Part shown: one piece after another, positions 1 to 13,695 of the stretch
Position numbering within the stretch: the stretch's first letter is position 1
Layout: the number at the start of each line of letters is the position of its first letter
From: Eledone cirrhosa
Lineage: Eukaryota
DNA: 64,000 nucleotides
Direction: 5' to 3'
Assembly (NCBI GenBank): GCA_964016885.1
Contig: OZ024741.1
Location: forward strand, 224,440,001-224,504,000
Made by a program: the position numbers and the translations under genes
The notes under the pieces: generated by a model
Seen by the model: the letters and a program-made list of their open reading frames with translations, nothing else
The model's database searches: none
What the model was told of the DNA's origin: nothing

Positions 1-3000
1 TGGTGATGTTGGTAGTGTTGGTGATGGTGGAGTTGGTGATGTTGGTAGTGTTGATGTTGGTAGTGTTGGTGATGGTAGTGTTGGTGGTGTTGGTAGTGTT
101 GGTGGTGGTAGTGTTGGTGGTGTTGTTGCTGTTAGTAGTGTTGGCGGTGTTGGTAGTGTTGGTGATGTTGGTAGTATTGGTGGTGGTAGTGTTGGTGATG
201 TTGGTAATGTTAGTGATGTTGGTAGTGTTGGTGGTGGTAGTGTTGGTAGTGGTGGTAGTGTTGGTGGTGTTGGTAGTGTTGGTGATGTTGGTAGTGTTGG
301 TGGTGGTAGTGTTTGTGGTGGTAGTGTTTGTGGTGGTAGTGTTGGTGGTGGTAGTGTTGGTGATGTTGGTAGTGTTGGTGGTGTTGGTAGTGTTGATGGT
401 GGTAGTGTTGCTGGTGTTGGTGGTGTTAGTAGTGTTGGTGGTGTTGGTAGTGTTGGTGGTGGTAGTGTTGGTGATGTTGGTAGTGTTGATGGTGGTAGTG
501 TTGGTGGTGTTGGTGATGTTGGTAGTGTTGGTGTGTTGGTAGTGTTGGTGGTGTTGTTGCTGTTAGTAGTGTTGGCGGTGTTGGTAGTGTTGGTGATGTT
601 GGTAGTATTGGTGGTGGTAGTGTTGGTGATGTTGGTAATGTTAGTGATGTTGGTAGTGTTGGTGGTGGTAGTGTTGGTAGTGGTGGTAGTGTTGGTGGTG
701 TTGGTAGTGTTGGTGATGTTGGTAGTGTTGGTGGTGGTAGTGTTTGTGGTGGTAGTGTTGGTGATGTTGGTAGTGTTGGTGGTGGTAGTGTTGGTGGTGG
801 TAGTGTTTGTGGTGGTAGTGTTGGTGATGTTGGTAGTGTTGGTGGTGGTAGTGTTTGTGGTGGTAGTGTTGGTGATGTTGGTAGTGTTGGTGGTGGTAGT
901 GTTGGTGGTGGTAGTGTTTGTGGTGGTAGTGTTGGTGATGTTGGTAGTGTTGGTGGTGGTAGTGTTTGTGGTGGTAGTGTTTGTGGTGGTAGTGTTGGTG
1001 GTGGTAGTGTTGGTGATGTTGGTAGTGTTGGTGGTGTTGGTAGTGTTGGTGGTGGTAGTGTTGCTGGTGTTGGTGGTGTTAGTAGTGTTGGTGGTGTTGG
1101 TAGTGTTGGTGGTGGTAGTGTTGGTGATGTTGGTAGTGTTGATGGTGGTAGTGTTGGTGGTGTTGGTGATGTTGGTAGTGTTGGTGTGTTGGTAATGTTG
1201 GTGGTGTTGGTGGTGTTGGTAGTGTTGGTGGTGGTAGTGTTGGTGATGTTGGTAGTGTGGGTGGTGGTAGTGTTGGTGATGTTGGTAGTGTTGGTGGTGT
1301 TGATAGTGTTGGTGGTGGTAGTGTTGGTGGTGTTGGTAGTATTGGTGGTGGTAGTGCTGGTGATGTTCGTAGTGTTGGTAGTGTTGGTGGTGGTAGTGTT
1401 GGTGGTGTTGGTGGTGTTGGTGTTGTTGGTAGTGTTGGTGGTGTTGGTGGTGTTGGTGATGTTGGTAGTGTTGGTGATGTTGGTGGTGTTGGTGATGGTA
1501 GTGTTGCTGATGTTGGTAGTGTTGGTGGTGGTAGTGTTGGTAGTGTTGGTAGTGTTGTTGGTGGTAGTGTTGGTGATGTTGGTAGTGTTGGTGGTGGTAG
1601 TGTTGGTAGTGTTGGTGATGTTGGTAGGGTTGATGGTGGTAGTGTCGGTGGTGGTATTGTTGGTGATGTTGGTAGTGTCGGTGGTGGTATTGTTGGTGAT
1701 GTTGGTAGTGTTGGTGATGTTGGTAGTGTTGGTGGTGGTAGTGTTGGTCGTGTTGGTAGTGTTGGTGATGTTGGTAGTGTTGGTGATGGTGGAGTTGGTT
1801 ATGTTGGTAGTGTTGATGGTGGTAGTGTTGGTGGTGGTAGTGTTTGTGGTGGTAGTGTTGGTGATGTTGGTAGTGCTGGTGATGTTGGTAGTGTTGGTGG
1901 TGGTAGTGTTGGTAGTGGTAGTGTTTGTGGTGGTAGTGTTGGTGATGTTGGTAGAGTTGGTGGTGGCAGTGTTTGTGGTGGTAGTGTTGGTGATGTTGGT
2001 AGTGTTGGTGGTGGTAGTGTTGGTGGTGGTAGTGTTTGTGGTGGTAGTGTTGGTGATGTTGGTAGTGTTGGTGGTGGTAGTGTTGGTGATATTGGTAGTG
2101 TTTGTGGTGGTATTGTTTGCGGTGGTAGTGTTGGTGATGGTGGTAGTGTTGGTGGTGGTAGTGTTGGTGGTGGTAGTGTTTGTGGTGATAGTGTTTGTGG
2201 TGGTAGTGTTGGTGATGTTGGTAGTGTTGGTGGTGGTAGTGTTGGTGGTGGTAGTGTTGGTGATGTTGGTAGTGTTGGTGGTGTTGGTAGTGTTGGTGGT
2301 GGTAGTGTTGCTGGTGTTGGTGGTGTTAGTAGTGTTGGTGGTGTTGGTAGTGTTGGTGTTGGTAGTGTTGGTGGTGTTGGTAGTGTTGGTGGTGGTAGTG
2401 TTGGTGATGTTGATAGTGTTGATGGTGGTAGTTTTGGTGTGTTGGTAGTGTTGGTAGTGTTGGTGGTGGTGGTAGTGTTGGTAGTGTTGGTGATGTTGGT
2501 GGTGGTGGTAGTGTTGGTAGTGTTGGTGATGTTGGTAGTGTTGGTGATGTTGGTAGGGTTGATGGTGGTAGTGTCGGTGGTGGTATTGTTGGTGATGTTG
2601 GTAGTGTTGGTGATGGTAGTGTTGGTGGTGTTGGTAGTGTTGGTGGTGGTAGTGTTGGTGGTGTTGTTGCTGTTAGTAGTGTTGGTGGTGTTGGTAGTGT
2701 TGGTGATGTTGGTAGTATTGGTGGTAGTAGTGTTGGTGATGTTGGTAATGTTAGTGATGTTGGTAGTGTTGGTGGTGGTAGTGTTGGTAGTGTTGGTGGT
2801 GGTAGTGTTGGTGATGTTGGTAATGTTAGTGATGTTGGTAGTGTTGGTGGTGGTAGTGTTGGTAGTGGTGGTAGTGTTGGTGGTGTTGGTAGTGTTGGTG
2901 ATGGTGGAGTTGGTGATGTTGGTAATTTTGATGGTGGTAGTGTTGGTGATGGTGGTAGTGTTGTGATGTTGTTAGTGTTGGTGATGTTGGTAGTCTTGGT

Positions 3001-6000
3001 GGTGTTAGTGTTGGTGGTGTTGGTAGTGTTGTTGGTGTTAGTGTTGGTGGAGTTGGTAGTGTTGGTTATGTTGGTGGTGTTGGTAGTGGTAGTGTTGGTG
3101 GTAGTGTTGGTTTTGTTGGTAATGTTGGTGATGTTAGTAGTGTTGGTGATGTTGGTGTTGGTAGTGTTGGTGATGTTGGTAGTGTTGGTGATGTTAGTAG
3201 TGTTGGTGATGTTGGTAGTGTTGGTGGTGGTGGTGGTGTTGGTGTGTTGGTAGTGTTGGTAGTGGTAGTGTTGGTGGTATTGGTGATATTGGTGGTGCTC
3301 GTGTTGGTGGTCTTGGTAGTGTTGGTTATGTTGGTAGTGTTGATGGTGGTGGTGTTGGAGGTGGTAGTCTTGGTGGTGTTGGTAGTGTTGGTGATGGTGG
3401 TGTTGATTATGTTGGTAGTGTTGATGGTGGTGGTGTTGGTGGTGGTAGTGTTGGTGGTGTTGGTAGTGTTGGTGATGGTGGTGTTGGTGATGTTGGTAGT
3501 GTTGGTGGTGGTAGTGTTGGTGATGTTGGTAGTGTTGGTGGTGGTAGTGTTGGTGATGTTGGTAGTGTTGGTGATGGTGGTGTTGGTGATGTTGGTAGTG
3601 TTGGTGGTGGTAGTGTTGGTGATGTTGGTAGTGTTGGTGGTGGTAGTGTTGGTGATGTTGGTAGTGTTGGTGGTGGTAGTGTTGGTGATGTTGGTAATGT
3701 TGGTGGTGGTAGTGTTGGTCGTGTTGGTAGTGTTGGTTATGTTGGTAGTGTTGGTGGTAGTAGTGTTGGATATGTTGGTAGTGTTGATGGTGGTAGTGTT
3801 GGTGGTGTTGGTAGTGTTGGTGGTGTTGGTAGTGTCGGTGGTAGTAGTGTTGGTGGTGTTGGTAGTGTTGATGGTGGTAGTGTTGGTGATGTTGGTAGTG
3901 TGGTGGTGTTGGTAGTGTTGATGGTGGTAGTGTTGGTGGTGTTGGTGATGTTGGTGGTGGTAGTGTTGGTGATGTTGGTAGTGTTGGTGGTGGTAGTGTT
4001 GGTAGTGGTGGTAGTGTTGGTGGTGTTGGTAGTGTTGGTGATGTTGGTAGTGTTGGTGATGGTGGAGTTGGTGATGTTGGTAGTGTTGATGGTGGTAGTG
4101 TTGGTGATGTTGGTAGTGTTGGTGGTAGTAGTGTTGGATATGTTGGTAGTGTTGATGGTGGTAGTGTTGGTCGTGTTGGTAGTGTTGATGGTGGTAGTGT
4201 TGGTGGTAGTAGTGTTGGTTATGTTGGTAGTGTTGGTGGTGGTAGTGTTGGATATGTTGGTAGTGTTGATGGTGGTAGTGTTGGTGGTGTTGGTAGTGTT
4301 GGTGGTGTTGGTAGTGTCGGTGGTGGTAGTGTTGGTGGTGTTGGTAGTGTTGATGGTGGTAGTGTTGGTGATGTTGGTAGTGTGGTGGTGTTGGTAGTGT
4401 TGATGGTGGTAGTGTTGGTGGTGGTAGTGTTTGTGGTGGTAGTGTTGGTGATGTTGGTAGTGTTGGTGGTGGTAGTGTTTGTGGTGGTAGTGTTGGTGAT
4501 GTTGGTAGTGTTGGTGGTGGTAGTGTTGGTGATGGTAGTGTTGGTGGTGGTAGTGATTGTGGTGGTAGTGTTGGTGATGTTGGTAGTGTTGGTGGTGGTA
4601 GTGTTTGTGGTGGTAGTGTTGGTGATGTTGGTAGTGTTGGTGGTGGTAGTGTTGGTGGTGGTAGTGTTGGTGATGTTGGTAGTGTTGGTGGTGGTAGTGT
4701 TGGTGGTGGTAGTGTTTGTGGAGGTAGTGTTGGTGATGTTGGTAGTGTTGGTGGTGGTAGTGTTTTGTGGTGGTAGTGTTGGTGATGTTGGTAGTGTTGG
4801 TGGTGGTAGTGTTTGTGGTGCTAGTGTTGGTGATGTTGGTAGTGTTGGTGGTGGTAGTGTTGGTGGTGGTAGTGTTGTGGTGGTAGTGTTGGTGGTGGTA
4901 GTGTTTGTGGTGGTAGTGTTGGTGATGTTGGTAGTGTTGGTGGTGGTAGTGTTGGTGGTGGTAGGTTGTGATGTTGGTAGTGTTGGTGGTGGTATCGTTG
5001 CTGGTGGTAGTGTTAGTGGTGGTAGTGTTGGTGATGTTGGTAGTGTTGGTGGTGGTAGTGTTGGTGGTGGTAGTGTTTGTGGTGGTAGTGTTGGGGTGGT
5101 AGTGTTGGTGGTGGTAGTGTTTGTGGTGGTAGTGTTGGTGGTGGTAGTGTTTTGTGGTGTAGTGTTGGTGATGTTGGTAGTGTTGGTGGTGGTAGTGTGG
5201 TGGTGGTAGTGTTTGTGGTGGTAGTGTTGGTGTGGTAGTGTTGTGGTGGTAGTGTTGGTGATGTTGGTAGTGTTGGTGGTGGTAGTGTTTGTGGTGGTAG
5301 TGTTGGTGATGTTGGTAGTGTTGGTTGTGGTAGTGTTGGTGGTGGTAGTGTTGTGGTGGTAGTGTTGGTGATGTTGGTAGTTGGTGGTGTAGTGTTGGTG
5401 GTGGTAGTGTTTGTGGTGGTAGTGGTTGGTGATGTTGGTAGTGTTGGTGGTGGTAGTGTTGGTGGTGGTAGTGTTTGTGGTGGTAGTGTTGGTGATGTTG
5501 GTAGTGTTGGTGGTGGTAGTGTTTGTGGTGGTAGTGTTGGTGATGTTGGTAGTGTTGGTGATGGTAGTGTTGGTGGTGGTAGTGTTTGTGGTGGTAGTGT
5601 TGGTGATGTTGGTAGTGTTGGTGGTGGTAGTGTTTGTGGTGGTAGTGTTTGTGGTGGTAGTGTTGGTGGTGGTAGTGTTGGTGATGTTGGTAGTGTTGGT
5701 GGTGTTGGTAGTGTTGGTGGTGGTAGTGTTGGTGATGTTGGTAGTGTTGATGGTGGTAGTGTTGGTGGTGTTGGTGATGTTGGTAGTGTTGGTGTGTTGG
5801 TAGTGTTGGTGGTGTTGGTGGTGTTGGTAGTGTTGGTGGTGGTAGTGTTGGTGGTGTTGGTAGTATTGGTGGTGGTAGTGCTGGTGATGTTCGTAGTGTT
5901 GGTAGTGTTGGTGGTGGTAGTGTTGGTGGTGTTGGTGGTGGTGGTGATGTTGGTAGTGTTGGTGGTGTTGGTGGTGTTGGTGATGTTGGTAGTGTTGGTG

Positions 6001-9000
6001 GTGTTGGTGGTGTTGGTGATGGTAGTGTTGGTAGTGTTGGTAGTGTTGTTGGTGGTAGTGTTGGTGATGTTGGTAGTGTTGGTGGTGGTTGTGTTGGTAG
6101 TGTTGGTGATGTTGGTAGGGTTGATGGTGGTAGTGTTGGTGGTGGTAGTGTTGGTGATGTTGGTAATGTTAGTGATGTTGGTAGTGTTGGTGGTGGTAGT
6201 GTTGGTAGTGGTGGTAGTGTTGGTTGTGTTGGTAGTGTTGGTGATGTTGGTAGGGTTGATGGTGGTAGTGTTGGTGGTGGTATTGTTGGTGATGTTGGTA
6301 GTGTTGGTGGTGGTAGTGTTGGTGGTGGTAGTGTTTGTGGTGGTAGTGTTGGTGATGTTGGTAGTGTTGGTGGTGGTAGTGTTGGTGATGTTGGTAGTGT
6401 TTGTGGTGGTAGTGTTGGTAGTGGTGGTAGTGTTGGTGGTGTTGGTAGTGTTGGTGATGTTCGTAGTGTTGATGGTGGTAGTGTTGGTAGTGTTGGTGGT
6501 GGTAGTGTTTGTGGTGGTAGTGTTGGTGATGTTGGTAGTGTTGGTGGTGGTAGTGTTGGTGGTGGTAGTGTTGGTGGTGGTAGTGTTGGTGATGTTGGTA
6601 GTGTTGGTGGTGGTAGTGTTTGTGGTGGTAGTGTTGGTGATGTTGGTAGTGTTGGTGGTGGTAGTGTTGGTGGTGGTAGTGTTGGTGGTGTTGGTAGTGT
6701 TGGTGGTGGTAGTGTTGGTGGTGGTAGTGTTGGTGATGTTGGTAGTGTTGGTGGTGGTAGTGTTGGTGGTGGTAGTGTTGGTGGTGTTGGTAGTGTTGGT
6801 GGTGGTAGTGTTGGTGGTGGTAGTGTTGGTGATGTTGGTAGTGTTGGTGGTGGTAGTGTTTGTGGTGGTAGTGTTGGTGATGTTGGTAGTGTTGGTGATG
6901 GTAGTGTTGGTGGTGGTAGTGATTGTGGTGGTAGTGTTGGTGATGTTGGTAGTGTTGGTGGTGGTAGTGTTTGTGGTGGTAGTGTTGGTGATGTTGGTAG
7001 TGTTGGTGGTGGTAGTGTTGGTGGTGGTAGTGTTGGTGATGTTGGTAGTGTTGGTGGTGGTAGTGTTGGTGGTGGTAGTGTTTGTGGTGGTAGTGTTGGT
7101 GATGTTGGTAGTGTTGGTGGTGGTAGTGTTGGTGGTGGTAGTGTTGGTGATGTTGGTAGTGTTGGTGGTGGTAGTGTTGGTGGTGGTAGTGTTTGTGGTG
7201 GTAGTGTTGGTGATGTTGGTAGTGTTGGTGGTGGTAGTGTTGGTGGTGGTAGTGTTTGTGGTGGTAGTGTTGGTGATGTTGGTAGTGTTGGTGGTGGTAG
7301 TGTTGGTGGTGGTAGTGTTTGTGGTGGTAGTGTTGGTGATGTTGGTAGTGTTGGTGGTGGTAGTGTTTGTGGTGGTAGTGTTTGTGGTGGTAGTGTTGGT
7401 GGTGGTAGTGTTGGTGATGTTGGTAGTGTTGGTGGTGTTGGTAGTGTTGGTGATGGTAGTGTTGCTGGTGTTGGTGGTGTTGGTAGTGTTGGTGGTGGTA
7501 GTGTTGGTGATGTGGTAGGTTGTGGTGGTAGTGTTGGTAGTGTTGGTGATGTTGGTAGTGTTGGTGGTGTTGGTAGTGTTGGTGGTGTTGGTGGTGTTGG
7601 TAGTGTTGGTGGTGGTAGTGTTGATGTGGTAGTGGTTGTGTTGTGTTGGTGATGTTGGTAGTGTTGGTGTGTTGTAGTGTTGGTGGGTGTGTGGTGGTGT
7701 TGGTAGTGTTGGTGGTGGTAGTGTTGGTGATGTTGTAGTGTGGTGGTGTGATAGTGTTGGTGGTGGTAGTGTTGGTGGTGTTGGTAGTGTTGGTAGTGGT
7801 AGTGTTGGTGGTGTTGGTAGTGTGGTTGTGGTTGTGTGGTGATGTTGGTAGTGTTGGTGGTTGTTGTTGTTGTGTGGTGTTGGTTGGTTTTGGTTGTTTG
7901 GTAGTGTTGTTGGTAGGTGGGGTGGTGGTTGTTGTGTGTTGGTGGTGTTGGTGTGTTGTAGTGTTGGTGTGTTGGTTGGTGTTGGTGTTGGTGGTGTGGT
8001 GATGTGGTAGTGTTGGTGGTGTTGGTTGTGTTGGAGTAGTGTTGTGAGTTGGTAGTGTGGTGGTGGTAGTGTTGGTAGTTGTTGGTTGTGTGTTGGTGGT
8101 AGTGTTGGTGATGTTGGTAGTGTTGGTGGTGGTTGTGTTGGTGTTGTTGGTGATGTTGGTGTTGGTGGTTGTGTTGGTAGTGTTGGTGATGTTGGTAGGG
8201 TTGATGGTGGTAGTGTTGGTGGTGTTGGTAGTGTTGGTGGTGGTAGTGTTGGTGATGTTGGCAATGTTAGTGATGTTGGTAGTGTTGGTGGTGGTAGTGT
8301 TGGTAGTGGTGGTAGTGTTGGTCGTGTTGGTAGTGTTGGTGATGTTGGTAGTGTTGGTGGTGGTAGTGTTGGTGGTGGTAGTGTTTGTGGTGGTAGTGTT
8401 GGTGATGTTGGTAGTGTTGGTGGTGGTAGTGTTGGTGATGTTGGTAGTGTTTGTGGTGGTATTGTTTGTGGTGGTAGTGTTGGTGATGTTGGTAGTGTTG
8501 GTGGTGGTATTGTTGGTGGTGGTAGTGTTTGTGGTGGTAGTGTTTGTGGTGGTAGTGTTGGTGATGTTGGTAGTGTTGGTGGTGGTAGTGTTGCTGGTGT
8601 TGGTGGTGTTAGTAGTGTTGGTGGTGTTGGTAGTGTTGGTGTTGGTAGTGTTGGTGGTGTTGGTAGTGTTGGTGGTGGTAGTGTTGGTGATGTTGGTAGT
8701 GTTGGTGGTGGTAGTGTTGGTGTGTTGGTAGTGTTGGTGGTGTTGGTGGTGTTGGTAGTGTTGGTGGTGGTAGTGTTGGTAGTGTTGGTAGTGTTGATGG
8801 TGGTAGTTTTGGTGTGTTGGTAGTGTTGGTGGTGTTGGTGGTGTTGGTAGTGTTGGTGGTGGTAGTGTTGGTAGTGTTGGTGGTGTTGGTAGTGTTGGTG
8901 GTGGTAGTGTTGGTATTGTTGGTGATGTTGGTAGTGTTGGTGATGGTAGTGTTGGTGGTGTTGGTAGTGTTGGTAGTGTTGGTGGTGGTAGTGTTGGTGA

Positions 9001-12000
9001 TGTTGGTAATGTTAGTGATGTTGGTAGTGTTGGTGGTGGTAGTGTTGGTAGTGGTGGTAGTGTTGGTGGTGTTGGTAGTGTAGGTGATGGTGGAGTTGGT
9101 GATGTTGGTAATTTTGATGGTGGTAGTGTTGGTGATGGTGGTAGTGTTGTGATGTTGTTAGTGTTGGTGATGCTGGCAGTCTTGGTGGTGGTAGTGTTGG
9201 TGGTGTTGGTAGTGTTGTTGGTGTTAGTGTTGGTGGAGTTGGTAGTGTTGGTTATGTTGGTGGTGTTGGTAGTGGTAGTGTTGGTGGTGGTAGTTTTGGT
9301 GGTGTTGATGATGTTGTTGGTGGTAGTGTTGGTTTTGTTGGTAGTGTTGGTGATGTTAGTAGTGTTGGTGATGTTGGTAGTGTTGGTGATGTTAGTAGTG
9401 TTGGTAGTGGTAGTGTTGGTGGTATTGGTGATATTTGTGGTGCTCGTGTTGGTGGTCTTGGTAGTGTTGGTTATGTTGGTAGTGTTGATGGTGGTGGTGT
9501 TGGTGGTGGTAGTCTTGGTGGTGTTGGTAGTGTTGGTGATGGTGGTGTTGGTTATGTTGGTAGTGTTGATGGTGGTGGTGTTGGTGGTGGTAGTGTTGGT
9601 GGTGTTGGTAGTGTTGGTGATGGTGGTGTTGGTGATGTTGGTAGTGTTGGTGGTGGTAGTGTTGGTGATGTTGGTAGTGTTAGTGGTGGTAGTGTTGGTG
9701 ATGTTGGTAGTGTTGGTGATGGTGGTGTTGGTGATGTTGGTAGTGTTGGTGGTGGTAGTGTTGGTGATGTTGGTAGTGTTGGTGGTGGTAGTGTTGGTGA
9801 TGTTGGTAGTGTTGGTGGTGGTAGTGTTCGTGATGTTGGTAGTGATGGTGATGTTGGTAGTGTTGGTGGTGGTAGTGTTGGTCGTGTTGGTAGTGTTGGT
9901 TATGTTGGTAGTGTTGGTGGTGGTAGTGTTGGATATGTTGGTAGTGTTGATGGTGGTAGTGTTGGTGGTGTTGGTAGTGTTGGTGGTGTTGGTAGTGTTG
10001 GTGGTGGTAGTGTTGGTGGTGTTGGTAGTGTTGATGGTGGTAGTGTTGGTGATGTTGGTAGTGTTGGTGGTGTTGGTAGTGTGGTGGTGTTGGTAATGTT
10101 GATGGTGGTAGTGTTGGTGGTGTTGGTGATGTTGGTGGTGGTAGTGTTGATGTTGGTAGTGTTGGTGGTGGTAGTGTTTGTGATGTTGGTAGTGTTGATG
10201 GTGGTAGTGTTGGTGGTGTTGGTGATGTTGGTGGTGGTAGTGTTGGTGATGTTGGTAGTGTTGGTGGTGGTAGTGTTGGTGATGTTGGTAGTGTTGATGG
10301 TGGTAGTGTTGGTGGTGTTGGTAGTGTTGATGGTGGTAGTGTTGGTGGTGGTAGTGTTGGTGATGTTGGTAGTGTTGATGGTGGTAGTGTTGGTGGTGTT
10401 GGTGATGTTGGTGGTGGTAGTGTTGGTGGTGTTGGTGGTGTTGGTAGTGTGTTGGTGTTGGTGGTGTTGGTAGTGTTGATGGTGGTAGTGTTGGTGGTGT
10501 TGGTGATGTTGGTGGTGGTAGTGTTGGTGATGTTGGTAGTGTTGGTGGTGGTAGTGTTGGTGATGTTGGTAGTGTTGGTGGTGGTAGTGTTGGTGATGTT
10601 GGTAGTGTTGATGGTGGTAGTGTTGGTGGTGTTGGTGATGTTGGTGGTGGTAGTGTTGGTGATGTTGGTAGTGTTGGTGGTGGTAGTGTTGGTGATGTTG
10701 GTAGTGTTGATGGTGGTAGTGTTGGTGGTGTTGGTAGTGTTGATGGTGGTAGTGTTGGTGGTGGTAGTGTTGGTGATGTTGGTAGTGTTGATGGTGGTAG
10801 TGTTGGTGGTGTTGGTGATGTTGGTGGTGGTAGTGTTGGTGGTGTTGGTGGTGTTGGTAGTGTGTTGGTGTTGGTGGTGTTGGTAGTGTTGGTGGTGGTA
10901 GTGTTGGTGATGTTGGTAGTGTTGATGGTGGTAGTGTTGGTGTGTTGGTAGTGTTGGTGGTGGTAGTGTTGGTATGTTGGTAGTGTTGATGGTGGTAGTG
11001 TTGGTGTGTTGGTAGTGTTGGTGGTGGTAGTGTTGGTATGTTGGTAGTGTTGGTGGTGGTAGTGTTGGTGATGTTGGTAGTGTTGGTGGTGCTGGTTGTG
11101 TTGGTGGTTGTAGTGTTGGTGGTGTTGGTAGTGTTGGTGGTGTTGGTGATGTTGGTAATGTTGGTCGTGGTAGTGTTGGTGGTGGTAGTGTTGGTGGTGT
11201 TGGTGATGTTGGTAGTGTTGGTAGTGGTAGTGTTGGTGGTGGTAGTGTTGGTGGTGTTGGTGATGTTGGTGGTGGTAGTGTTGGTGATGTTGGTGGTGGT
11301 AGTGTTGGTTTTGTAGGTAGTGTTGGTGATGTTGGTAGTGTTGGTGTTGCTAGTGTTGATGGTGGTGGTGTTGGTGGTGTTGGTGGTGTTGGTGGTGCTG
11401 GTGGTGTTGGTGGTGGTAGTCTTTGTGTTGGTAGTGTTGGCGGTGTTGGTGATGTTGATGATGGTAGTGTTGGTGATGTTGGTGGTGTTGGTGGTGTTGG
11501 TAGTGTTAGTGGAGTTAGTGATGTTGGTGATGGTGGTGATGTTGGTGATGGTGGTGGTGATAGTGTTGGTGATGTTGGTGGAGTTGGTGGTGTTGATACT
11601 GGTGGTGGTGGTGGTAGTGATGTTGGTGGTGTTGGTGATGATGTTGGTAGTGTTGGTGATGTTGGTAGTGTTGGTGGTGGTAGTGTTGGTGATGTTGGTG
11701 ATGTTGGTAGTGGTGGTGGTGGTAGTGTTGGTAGTGTTGGTGATGTTGGTAGTGTTGGTGGTGGTTGTGTTGGTGTTGTTGGTGATGTTGGTGATGTTGG
11801 TAGTGTTGGTGGTGGTTGTGTTGATGGTGGTAGTGTTGGTGGTGGTAGTGTTGGTGATGTTGTTACTGTTGGTGGTGGTTGTGTTGGTGGTGTTGGTGAT
11901 GTTGGTAGTGGTGGTGGTGGTAGTGTTGGTAGTGTTGGTGGTGGTAGTGTTGGTGATGGTAGTGTTGGTGATGTTGGTAGTGTTGGTGATGGTAGTGTTG

Positions 12001-13425
12001 GTGGTGTTGGTGGTGTTGGTAGTGTTGGTAGTGTTGGTGGTGGTAGTGTTGGTGATGTTGTTACTGTTGGTGGTGGTTGTGTTGGTGGTGTTGGTGATGT
12101 TGGTAGTGGTGGTGGTGGTAGTGTTGGTAGTGTTGGTGGTGGTAGTGTTGGTGATGGTAGTGTTGGTGATGTTGGTAGTGTTGGTGATGGTAGTGTTGGT
12201 GGTGTTGGTGGTGTTGGTAGTGTTGGTAGTGTTGGTGGTGGTAGTGTTGGTGGTGTTGGTGGTGTTGGTAGTGTTGGTAGTGTTGGTGATGTTGGTAGTG
12301 TTGGTGGTGGTAGTGTTGGTGGTGGTAGTGTTGGTGATGTTGTTAGTGTTGGTGGTGGTTGTGTTGGTGGTGTTGGTGATGTTGGTAGTGGTGGTGGTGG
12401 TAGTGTTGGTGATGGTAGTGTTGGTGATGTTGGTAGTGTTGGTGGTGGTTGTGTTGGTGGTGTTGGTGATGTTGGTAGTGGTGGTGGTGGTAGTGTTGGT
12501 GATGGTAGTGTTGGTGATGTTGTTAGTGTTGGTGGTGGTTGTGTTGGTGGTGTTGGTGATGTTGGTAGTGGTGGTGGTGGTAGTGTTGGTGATGGTAGTG
12601 TTGGTGGTGTTGGTGGTGTTGGTAGTGTTGGTAGTGTTGGTGGTGGTAGTGTTGGTGGTGTTGGTGGTGTTGGTAGTGTTGGTAGTGTTGGTGATGTTGG
12701 TAGTGTTGGTGGTGGTAGTGTTGGTGGTGGTAGTGTTGGTGATGTTGTTAGTGTTGGTGGTGGTTGTGTTGGTGGTGTTGGTGATGTTGGTAGTGGTGGT
12801 GGTGGTAGTGTTGGTGATGGTAGTGTTGGTGATGTTGGTAGTGTTGGTGATGGTAGTGTTGGTGGTGTTGGTGGTGTTGGTAGTGTTGGTAGTGTTGGTG
12901 GTGGTAGTGTTGGTGGTGTTGGTGGTGTTGGTAGTGTTGGTAGTGTTGGTGATGTTGGTAGTGTTGGTAGTGGTAGTGTTGGTGGTGGTAGTGTTGGTGA
13001 TGTTGTTAGTGTTGGTGGTGGTTGTGTTGGTGGTGTTGGTGATGTTGGTAGTGGTGGTGGTGGTAGTGTTGGTAGTGTTGGTGATGTTGGTAGGGTTGAT
13101 GGTGGTAGTGTCGGTGGTGGTAGTGTTAGTGATGTTGGTGGTGTTGGTGATGTTGGTAGTGTTGGTGATGATGTTGGTAGTGTTGATGATGATGGTAGTG
13201 TTGGTGGTGTTGGTAGTGTTGATGGAGGTGGTGTTGGTGGTGTTGGTGATGTTGGTGGTGGTAGTGTTGGTGGTGGTAGTGTTGGTGGTGGTAGTGTTGG
13301 TGGTGTTGGTGATGTTGATGATAGTAGTGCTGGTGGTGTCGGTAGTGTTGATGGGGGTAGTGTTGATGGTGGTAGTGTTGGTGGTGGTAGTGTTGGTGAT
13401 GTTGGTGTTGGTGATGTTGTTACTG
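1..13425. repeat. GT-rich triplet-based satellite (GGT/GTT/AGT/GAT, 9-12 bp sub-units such as GGTAGTGTT, GGTGATGTT, GGTGGTAGTGTT); extends past the window start
   Basis: Continuous mosaic of the same few triplets with frequent phase slips. All ORFs here are V/L/M, G/S/V/D or T/N/P homopolymer-like translations. Confidence 0.97.
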
Positions 13426-13446
13426 TTAATCGGCCGGGTATACGTC

Positions 13447-13695
13447 GGTATACGTTGCTGACGATAGCTAATAAGCTTGAAACTAGTACAGCGTTCCTTT
13501 GTCAGTGTTGAACAAACGAGCAACGATGGTTGCTGGACACTACGGCTTAATACGGGATGTTTGTTTACAAGCACACCGAGCATTATAATAAATGTTCGGT
13601 GAATCCATACGTACATATATATATGTGCGCATGTATGTATATATATATACATACTACTGTACGTCTGTATACATATATGTATGTACGTGTACATA

